Shown: one piece after another, positions 1 through 7,162 of the stretch
Position numbering within the stretch: position 1 is the first letter of the stretch
Layout of the letters: each line of letters starts with the position of its first letter
From: a virus
Taxonomy: Duplodnaviria; Caudoviricetes
Virus record (IMG/VR): IMGVR_UViG_3300035184_000389
Span: 1 to 27,543 of that record
Length of the DNA: 27,543 bases
Reading direction: 5' to 3' (one strand)
Position numbers and translations under genes: made by a program
Notes under the pieces: model-generated
The model's input: only the letters and a program-made list of their open reading frames with translations
Databases searched by the model: none
What the model was told of the DNA's origin: nothing

Positions 1-261
1 AATAGGAAGATTAATAAATTCTTTTCCTCCTACTCCTTTAACCTTTCTTCTTTTCTTTTTGTTTATAGAAAAGTCTCCAAAACCACAGGGAAGTTTTTCT
101 TTTTCACCTGTTTCTAATATGTGATGTTTAAAAGAGTCATTGAATGCATAAAGTATATTTCTCCACTCATCAAAGTTTAAATTTACAAGTGGATTCTTTT
201 TACAAAAATCATTGTAATTATCTTTACTCGCACTTCTCCAATCAACAGAGACTCTAGACAT
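1..261 (-). CDS. IHF/HU-like DNA-binding protein (partial, runs off the left edge)
   Basis: Not in the ORF track. ATG at 259-261 opens an uninterrupted frame MSRVSVDWRSASKDNYNDFCKK...ETGEKEKLPCGFGDFSINKKKRRKVK...NLPI. The LPxGFGxFxI motif followed by a basic arm resembles the HU/IHF fold, and crAss-like structural modules carry IHF-like genes. Confidence 0.7.
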   Translation of the reverse strand, partial: MSRVSVDWRSASKDNYNDFCKKNPLVNLNFDEWRNILYAFNDSFKHHILETGEKEKLPCGFGDFSINKKKRRKVKGVGGKEFINLPI

Positions 262-272
262 TTATATAGTTT

Positions 273-1001
273 TTAATTCGTAGGTTGAGCATTTGGTGCC
301 TGTCCATCTATACCTTCATTACTCATATCAGTCTTAATTTGAAAGTATGTAGATAATAGTTTTGTAGATGTCATAGCTAACACTTGTTGCTGTAAGTACC
401 CTGGTAATGCATATTCTTTATCTAAAGGGTTCTTACAATACTCTTCATCTGTATACTCAGGACTTCCACAATCACAATCTGGATACATTATTTCATTAGG
501 TATGTCTTCTTCAAATAATGCAGCCATTCTTACTAACTTTAACAATGGGTTACTAATGTACATATATCCATTAGATATCCAGAAGTAACTTTGCTTTTTA
601 ATTATTGGTAACTTTAATAAATTTAAGTACCTATTTATTGTTATCTCTTTTAATTTAGTGCCTTTTCCTCCCATAGCATTTATAGAATATACACCTTGAA
701 TTACATATTGGTAATTCCCTTCAGACATTCTTGGAAGTTTATATTTTGTTCTTGCAACTGTACACTCATCAGCAAACTCACAACATTCAGATATAGGCAC
801 TTCAACCATTTCCAAACAAGGAATAGTGGTAAATAAAGTATCACTGGCCCAGAGTTTTCTTATATTAGTTTCTCTTTTAATTAAAGTCAATGCGTTAACT
901 CTAACTTCAGATGCTATTGCTCTATCAGTTATAAGCGCATCAGTAGATAAGATCTTATGTGTAGATCTTATATCTGAAACCAATTTTCTCAATGTTGCCA
1001 T
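273..1001 (-). CDS. putative virion ring / head-tail connector protein
   Basis: 242-aa ORF with a helical N-terminus, Cys clusters (SECCEFADEC, DCDC) and a C-terminal 'D.EYALP' segment. Size and layout resemble crAss-like tail ring proteins; function is inferred. Confidence 0.5.
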   Translation of the reverse strand: MATLRKLVSDIRSTHKILSTDALITDRAIASEVRVNALTLIKRETNIRKLWASDTLFTTIPCLEMVEVPISECCEFADECTVARTKYKLPRMSEGNYQYVIQGVYSINAMGGKGTKLKEITINRYLNLLKLPIIKKQSYFWISNGYMYISNPLLKLVRMAALFEEDIPNEIMYPDCDCGSPEYTDEEYCKNPLDKEYALPGYLQQQVLAMTSTKLLSTYFQIKTDMSNEGIDGQAPNAQPTN

Positions 1002-1003
1002 AA

Positions 1004-2248
1004 TTATATTCTTTCTTCAAATTCAGCCACCTTGCCTACTTTAAAATCATAAACTAGAGCTAGGGCAGCTCGTACACTATGTACAAAATTATTATCTTTA
1101 TGCCACCTATCTGTTCCAGATAAACTAGGCATTTGTTGTATCCTCACCCCTTTTATTTCTTTAGCCATATAGTGATGTTTATCACCTGTATGAACTTCTC
1201 TATATGTAGCATCTCCAAACCATTTACTATACTTTGGATGTGTTGCAAATAATAAAGGCAACGCCTCTATTTTACAGTTACCGTGATGGAAGCCAATAAA
1301 TGTGCTACCTATTACAGTTGCTTTTACTAAGCCTTCTTCTCTATCAAAAAATACATCTGGCTCATCTTGAAAGTATACCTCTAATGCATGTGCTAAATAA
1401 AATGATTTAGTTCTATCATGATTACCTTGAACCAATATTACTTGAACATCTATAGAGTTTGACTTTAACATCTTAATAGTATCTACAAGAATAGCAAATC
1501 CTAATTCATACTCACTGGCATAATCTAATATGACATCTTGAGGAGTTCCGTTTGTTGTTTGGTTTTGATAATTATCTGTATGAAAAAAATCATTTGATAT
1601 AGGAAAGACCACTCTATTTATATCATATACTGACTTAACTTTGTGTATTAGTTTTTTAGCTATATTAATAAATCTAACAGCTCTAGTTCCAGGATCATTA
1701 TCACCATCTACATATCTTTTTGCTAAATGAAAATCTGAAAGGGATAACTCAATATCTATAAGATCTTTATTTTTATTTCTTTCTGGTGCAAGTATTGGAA
1801 CGTAACTTGACTTATAGTTTTCTAAGAACTGTTTAAAGTCTTCTGGTGTGTAATCTTTAGGTTGCTTTCTTTTAGAAAATACCGAAGATGTAAACTTTCC
1901 ACTAGGGAGTAATTTAGACCAGTAATTTGTAATTATATATTTAGTTAAATCTATTTTATGAAGTGCTGCTAAATCTAATTCATTCTTTGGTTCAAAGTCT
2001 AAAGTAACAGTACTCTCTAATGTACCTTTTTCATTATTTACTTTTTTTATAAATTCAACCTCTTCACTAAGTTTACCTGCATCTTTTATAAATGTTTCTG
2101 CTGAGTCTTTATTCTCTTTTTTTATATCCTTTATAAGTTCATTTACTTCATCTTCTGTAATTTGCAACTTCTCAGCGTAAAACTTTTTACTCTTCTTCCA
2201 AGCTAACATTGACTTTAACTGTATGAGTAAATCTTCAGAGTGTGACAT
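1004..2248 (-). CDS. calcineurin-like metallophosphoesterase with N-terminal helical (HTH-like) region
   Basis: Ordered motifs SDFHL (DxH), SNDFFH, GNHD, HHG and GDKHH match the metallophosphoesterase superfamily. Confidence 0.85.
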   Translation of the reverse strand: MSHSEDLLIQLKSMLAWKKSKKFYAEKLQITEDEVNELIKDIKKENKDSAETFIKDAGKLSEEVEFIKKVNNEKGTLESTVTLDFEPKNELDLAALHKIDLTKYIITNYWSKLLPSGKFTSSVFSKRKQPKDYTPEDFKQFLENYKSSYVPILAPERNKNKDLIDIELSLSDFHLAKRYVDGDNDPGTRAVRFINIAKKLIHKVKSVYDINRVVFPISNDFFHTDNYQNQTTNGTPQDVILDYASEYELGFAILVDTIKMLKSNSIDVQVILVQGNHDRTKSFYLAHALEVYFQDEPDVFFDREEGLVKATVIGSTFIGFHHGNCKIEALPLLFATHPKYSKWFGDATYREVHTGDKHHYMAKEIKGVRIQQMPSLSGTDRWHKDNNFVHSVRAALALVYDFKVGKVAEFEERI

Positions 2249-2273
2249 AAGGTGGGGTTTTAGTTAAATATGG

Positions 2274-2306
2274 TAAAGATATGGAATTTATTTTGGATAT
2301 TACAAA
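2274..2306 (-). promoter_or_regulatory. Bacteroidota-type sigma promoter (variant -7 box) for the phosphoesterase
   Basis: The minus strand reads TTTG-N21-TATCTTTA, 25 nt upstream of the ATG. The known consensus is TTTG-N19-21-TAnnTTTG. Confidence 0.55.
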
Positions 2307-2350
2307 TAAATTTACTAAGGAAGGTTATTCTTTATAACTAATTTGATTAT

Positions 2351-2386
2351 AAATAAAAAACTCCCAGGGCTATTACACCCTAGGAG
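2351..2386 (-). terminator. Rho-independent terminator ending the fibre cassette
   Basis: Minus strand CTCCTAGGG-tgtaatag-CCCTGGGAG (stem with one G-U) followed by TTTTTTATTT, downstream of the stop at 2421. Confidence 0.8.
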
Positions 2387-2420
2387 AAGCCTTGTAAAAC
2401 CAACAAAACAAGACTTTTTA

Positions 2421-2645
2421 TTATTGAGGATCTACTATTATCTCTATAGATGTTTGGCAACTTCCCAAAGATACTACTCTAATAACATTTGTGTCATCAG
2501 GTACTTTATCTGTTGGATATCCTGCTAGTAACTGTGCTCTATTTATGTTTTGTTCAAATGGTGCTGTGAACCCATTTACATCTGAGTATATGTAAAAAGG
2601 TCCTGTATCTACACCTAATGTTCCAAATTGTATTGCTCCTGTCAT
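2421..2645 (-). CDS. small stand-alone 'GPF-YSD-PF' module protein (copy 5)
   Basis: 74 aa; TGPFYIYSDVNGFTAPFE...GY...P...IRV...C aligns by eye with four neighbouring proteins. Confidence 0.8.
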   Translation of the reverse strand: MTGAIQFGTLGVDTGPFYIYSDVNGFTAPFEQNINRAQLLAGYPTDKVPDDTNVIRVVSLGSCQTSIEIIVDPQ

Positions 2646-2648
2646 CTT

Positions 2649-2879
2649 TTATGTTATTATTACTTGTTCATAATTACTACACTTAACGTTTGAATTTTGA
2701 ACCCTGATCGAAGTAGTTCCAGAAGGAAGAGGTGTTAGATATCCAAAGGGGGATGTCAATATTGCTATTGAAATACCTGTTGCAAAAGGTGTTACAAAAC
2801 TATCTGCATTTGAATAAATATCTACAGGTCCAGAGCATACCCCTGCTGAGGTTAATCTAACTATTACATTTGCTGCCAT
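2649..2879 (-). CDS. small stand-alone 'GPF-YSD-PF' module protein (copy 4)
   Basis: 76 aa; SGPVDIYSNADSFVTPFA...GY...PSGTTSIRV...C. Confidence 0.8.
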   Translation of the reverse strand: MAANVIVRLTSAGVCSGPVDIYSNADSFVTPFATGISIAILTSPFGYLTPLPSGTTSIRVQNSNVKCSNYEQVIIT

Positions 2880-2897
2880 ATTATTATTTTATTTTAT

Positions 2898-4004
2898 TTA
2901 AGGACATATTCCTATAGGAGTGAGTACATATCCATTACCATCTACTCTAGCACTGTATTTTGATGCGTTTGTATTAAGTTGTATTTTATAATACCTCGAA
3001 GTACCTGCAAATGGATTAGTTCCAGAAACGTTATTAAATATTCTATCACCTACACTGATTGTTCCTACTGCTTGATGTTGTATATAGCAAATAGAATCTA
3101 GAAGCAAAGAGCAATCAATTGTTATTGGATTTGTATTACTAGATATTGCTCCTGGATCAATAGTTCCAGTATTAGGTGTAGTAGTAGTTGTTGTAGTCAC
3201 TGGTGTTATATAAGTTGCAGTAAGACCATTTAAGCTACAATCACATGTGGTGGTTGTAGTAGTAGTACTACTTGTACTAGATGTAGTTGTTGTACTTGTA
3301 CTTGAAGAACTTGTAGTAGTAGTTGTTGATGGAGCTACTATTACACTATCAAATACAAAGAGTTGATTAGCTGGTTCCATTACATAAGATTGAAAGAATG
3401 GAGTTATCAATTCATCAGTACAAGGATTGCATATATCAGTTAGTTGATAAAGAACTCCATTTTGTGCTATCTTATTTGCAAACTGATGAGATCCTGATTT
3501 TAAGTTACTCACAGTTGCCTGTACAATAGCTCCAGCTTGAATAAGTAATTGACCAGATTGTGTAGTATTACCTACACTTATTGTAGAGTTTACAACAGGT
3601 AGTCCGTCTACAAATAGTTTAAGATTTACAGTTCCTATAGTTGTTGGCGTATCAGTCTGTAATGTCCAATCAAATTTATAAGGAGGAGGAAGTGTTGTAG
3701 AAGTTGTTGTTGTTGATGTACTCGTACTAGTTGATGTACTAGTAGTAGTTGATGTACTACTTGATGAAGTAGTTGTAGTAGTTGGGCAATTAGTCGGTAT
3801 GTCAATACAATTTTCACAGTTACCTACAGAGCAAACTCTAATAATAGTTGCACCTATAGGAAGCTCTACAACATACCCATTTTCTAAATCATTAGCTGGT
3901 ACCTGTGTCTCAAAAGGAGAAGTATACCCATCTGCATCTGAAAATAAATCAAATGGTCCAGCAATGCCAGACGGAGGGATAGTTATGGTTATTTGTATTA
4001 ACAT
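2898..4004 (-). CDS. modular Thr-linker virion fibre/decoration protein with N-terminal 'GPF-YSD-PF' module
   Basis: 368 aa; AGPFDLFSDADGYTSPFE module, then three Thr/Ser tracts separating beta-rich domains. Confidence 0.7.
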   Translation of the reverse strand: MLIQITITIPPSGIAGPFDLFSDADGYTSPFETQVPANDLENGYVVELPIGATIIRVCSVGNCENCIDIPTNCPTTTTTSSSSTSTTTSTSTSTSTSTTTTSTTLPPPYKFDWTLQTDTPTTIGTVNLKLFVDGLPVVNSTISVGNTTQSGQLLIQAGAIVQATVSNLKSGSHQFANKIAQNGVLYQLTDICNPCTDELITPFFQSYVMEPANQLFVFDSVIVAPSTTTTTSSSSTSTTTTSSTSSTTTTTTTCDCSLNGLTATYITPVTTTTTTTPNTGTIDPGAISSNTNPITIDCSLLLDSICYIQHQAVGTISVGDRIFNNVSGTNPFAGTSRYYKIQLNTNASKYSARVDGNGYVLTPIGICP

Positions 4005-4026
4005 ATCTTATAGTGTTGTGTTTGTT

Positions 4027-4245
4027 TTATTGTAATAAAATATCTACGTAATTAATGCACATCCCATTAGCTTTAACTCTCACTGTAGTTGAGTAATCTG
4101 GTACAACAGAGCTAGTGTATCCACTTAATAATAATGTTCTAGACACACCTGTTTCAAAAGGAATATCAAAATTATCTTTATTTGAATACAACTCAAAGTT
4201 ATCAGCATTGGTGCCTGCAGTAGTTAATGTTAAAAGTACAGTCAT
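4027..4245 (-). CDS. small stand-alone 'GPF-YSD-PF' module protein (copy 2)
   Basis: 72 aa; ADNFELYSNKDNFDIPFETGVS...GY...VPD..TTVRV...C.N.VDI. Confidence 0.8.
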   Translation of the reverse strand: MTVLLTLTTAGTNADNFELYSNKDNFDIPFETGVSRTLLLSGYTSSVVPDYSTTVRVKANGMCINYVDILLQ

Positions 4246-4247
4246 AA

Positions 4248-4574
4248 TTATGAACAGCAGTTATTGTTAATGGTTGTTATTTGGTTATTTATATCAATTA
4301 TTTGCGCTTTCATTGCAGCAATTTCTTGAGTGTTTGTAACTTGTTGAACTTGTAATGCACAAAGAAGTTGATCAATTTTAGATAATGCAACATTTAATGT
4401 GTCACATGCTTCTATGTTTGTACATGGAGTTGTAGGTCCATCGTACACAACTGTGCTTGATAAAGGACCTTTAGTTCCACAAGAGTTTGAGGAGCAGTTG
4501 CAAGTTGAAGTACATCCACAAGGACTATTTAGAACTACATCAGTGCAGCAAGGGTTTACAGGTAAGTATGCCAT
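4248..4574 (-). CDS. Cys-rich small structural protein with C-terminal coiled coil
   Basis: 108 aa; many Cys residues in the N-terminal half and a heptad-like Q/I/N-rich C-terminus. Confidence 0.65.
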   Translation of the reverse strand: MAYLPVNPCCTDVVLNSPCGCTSTCNCSSNSCGTKGPLSSTVVYDGPTTPCTNIEACDTLNVALSKIDQLLCALQVQQVTNTQEIAAMKAQIIDINNQITTINNNCCS

Positions 4575-4585
4575 TTTGTTTTATT

Positions 4586-5743
4586 TTAAGGTATGTAAAT
4601 TATATAATATGCTCCATATCCAGGTTGCCAGTTGCTATGACCTTGTCCACCACCTGTGTCTGCTAACGATACACCAACACTTAATGTCTGAGTAACTTCA
4701 CTTGTTAATCCATTTGTAGCTGGAGATGATGTTCCTCTTAGTCCGTATCCTAAATTACCACCAGTTGAATAAGCTTGTCTTACTTGTTGGTCAGGTTGAA
4801 CTGGATCTTGAGTGTTAGCAGTACCCATTGAAACCATCTTGTGACTGTGAGTACTTGGATTAAGACTAGAGGTTACAGTTGAAGCATGTGTATGTGGAGG
4901 TATTTGAGACGTTGTTAATGTTGCTCTGTAATCTCCACTAGTAGTACCTAAACTCCATTCTGGAACTTGTCCAAGAATTGGAACTACAGCTGGATCAAGA
5001 CCACCTCCTCCAGGCATTGCAGTAGTAGTTGCTACAACAACTCTTCCCCTAAGGTCTGGAGTTCCATTAGCACCATTACATAAAAATATTCTATCCCATT
5101 CACCTATACCAGCACCTGATCCATCAAAATTACCTAGACTTCCAAAGTAAGGGGTAGCAGAAAACGGAACCATTCTGTTGTTAATTGCAGTTTGTTGTGG
5201 GTTACCATTTAAATAGTTTTCAATGTACGTATTTATATCTGAAATTGCAACAAAAGTATTATCTGCATATGTGATAAAATTATTTAATTGAGTTTGTAGA
5301 TTACACACATAATTTATAACAGCTTGAAGAACAGCCTGAGTATCTGTACTTGTAGCATTAGGGTCATCAGTAAGACCTGGAACTGAAATACAGCCTAACA
5401 CATATGGCTCACTAGGTATTTCTTCTTGAATAACACCTATAGTTGCTTCTACTTGACACAATGATTGAATTATAGCCTCTAAGTAATTATTTAAAGATAG
5501 GGGATTACAATCATCTAAATTACTTTCAACAGTTGGACATATTATCGCTGGTGGAATTACAGGAAATATTCCTGTTCCATCAAGAGTTGATGATAAATAA
5601 GTTATTAGAGATTGTTCTACAAACGATAGAGAGTCTCCATGTTTTATTCCTAAGACAGGGACATCTACCCCTGTATATTTAACGCATTTGTCTGAAGATA
5701 CTTCAGTACATCCGTTATAGCAATTTGAGCAGTTATTTGACAT
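4586..5743 (-). CDS. tail fibre protein with tail-collar / short-fibre tip domain
   Basis: LCNGANGTPDLRGRVVV (collar motif), LTTSQIPPHTH, HSH and a C-terminal GGGQGHSNWQPGY..YYII are typical of phage tail-collar fibre proteins. Confidence 0.8.
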   Translation of the reverse strand: MSNNCSNCYNGCTEVSSDKCVKYTGVDVPVLGIKHGDSLSFVEQSLITYLSSTLDGTGIFPVIPPAIICPTVESNLDDCNPLSLNNYLEAIIQSLCQVEATIGVIQEEIPSEPYVLGCISVPGLTDDPNATSTDTQAVLQAVINYVCNLQTQLNNFITYADNTFVAISDINTYIENYLNGNPQQTAINNRMVPFSATPYFGSLGNFDGSGAGIGEWDRIFLCNGANGTPDLRGRVVVATTTAMPGGGGLDPAVVPILGQVPEWSLGTTSGDYRATLTTSQIPPHTHASTVTSSLNPSTHSHKMVSMGTANTQDPVQPDQQVRQAYSTGGNLGYGLRGTSSPATNGLTSEVTQTLSVGVSLADTGGGQGHSNWQPGYGAYYIIYIP

Positions 5744-5763
5744 GATGTTTTATATTTTATATT

Positions 5764-7158
5764 TTAAGGTGTACAAGAGTTATTTAATGTATTGGTTAAT
5801 CCTGCTTGGTAATATGTTTTACCATCACAGATTTGAGTTCTGAAATTACTTCCTCCAGGTTCTGTTATATATTCCATAGTATTTGTTTTAACAGTGTATT
5901 GATTTGCAGCTGCAGCATCCCACCATTCAACTCCTAGCTGTTCAGCAATTCTATCTATTCTACAAAGATAAAATACTGTACTACATGAATTTACTCCTGG
6001 TGTACCACTACAACATTCATTACCTTGGTCTGCTACAGGCATTGATCCTATAATACAGTTACCAGCAAAAAGTAGGCCTATTAATTTCTTAACACCACCA
6101 AATTCAGCATATACAGCAGAACCTGAGTCTCCTTGCAAACCTGGGTTAAAGCATCCTGGTTGTTGAGATGTACTATCATCATCACTTGGTCGAATTACAG
6201 AAATAATATCATTATAACCTACAAATCCGAGCGAAGTTCCTACATTTGGTAAATTTACAGATCCTGCATTTACTCTTAGAAAACCACAGATTCCTTTACC
6301 TCTAGCTCCTGAAGTTCTTCCTGATGACCAAACATCTGGATTTGTATTAAATATATCATCTAATTCAGCTGTTGTAGCAAATGGAGGGTTTTGATTTGTT
6401 ATTACACTTTCAAGACCTATAGGTACCCAAGATGCATACTCTCCAGTACTAGGATTATTTACATTTTCAACATCTGTCCAATTTACAGAATACATTGCAG
6501 CATCCACTTGATTAACAAATCCTGAAGAAGCCATGTGGATTGGAGCATATCTTAAACTTATTCCTACTTCATTAACTGAACCAAAATAACCACCAGCTGC
6601 TTCTGTAGCTTGATATATTCTATTTATTGGATCGTAATCATTTTCTACATTAAGTGCAGATAAATTTCTACCACTTGTGTATGTAGGATTTACTATACTT
6701 ACATGATTATTAGTAAGTGCTACTATAGCTCCTGACGCTACATCTTGTACAAATGTTCCTAATGTACCAACACTGTAGTTAGACACAGTTTGATATCTAG
6801 CCATTGTTATTCCTCCCCTTAGAGGTCTAGTAAATTGTCTGTTAGTAAATTGTCCAGAGTTAGATCCACTCCATCCCCCACAAGTTGTACAACTAAAAAG
6901 TTGAACTGGAGACTGTTGTATTATATCTATCTTAATAACTGTATCACCTACAGTAATTTCACTTGGTATCATTTCTTCAGAAGATAACTCTTCAATTGGT
7001 TTCTTTTCAGTAACTCCAATTACAATAGCAGAATCTCCTGTAACTTTACCAGCAGAAACCTTTTGACCTAGTCCAACGGAAACAATAGTAGTATTACCTT
7101 TTGCAAAGGTTTTTGCTACATCATCTATTTTATCTTTTATTTCTTTTGTCAGTTTCAT
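5764..7158 (-). CDS. trypsin-like (S1/PA clan) serine protease, Nal1-like
   Basis: GTLG..., LTNNHV (His), VDAA (Asp) and GDSGS (Ser) occur in catalytic-triad order, followed by LIGLLFAG. The N-terminal VGLG.K...G..TG..AIVIGVTEKKP...L...EMIP segment resembles the Nal1 N-terminal domain. Confidence 0.85.
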   Translation of the reverse strand: MKLTKEIKDKIDDVAKTFAKGNTTIVSVGLGQKVSAGKVTGDSAIVIGVTEKKPIEELSSEEMIPSEITVGDTVIKIDIIQQSPVQLFSCTTCGGWSGSNSGQFTNRQFTRPLRGGITMARYQTVSNYSVGTLGTFVQDVASGAIVALTNNHVSIVNPTYTSGRNLSALNVENDYDPINRIYQATEAAGGYFGSVNEVGISLRYAPIHMASSGFVNQVDAAMYSVNWTDVENVNNPSTGEYASWVPIGLESVITNQNPPFATTAELDDIFNTNPDVWSSGRTSGARGKGICGFLRVNAGSVNLPNVGTSLGFVGYNDIISVIRPSDDDSTSQQPGCFNPGLQGDSGSAVYAEFGGVKKLIGLLFAGNCIIGSMPVADQGNECCSGTPGVNSCSTVFYLCRIDRIAEQLGVEWWDAAAANQYTVKTNTMEYITEPGGSNFRTQICDGKTYYQAGLTNTLNNSCTP

Positions 7159-7162
7159 AATA

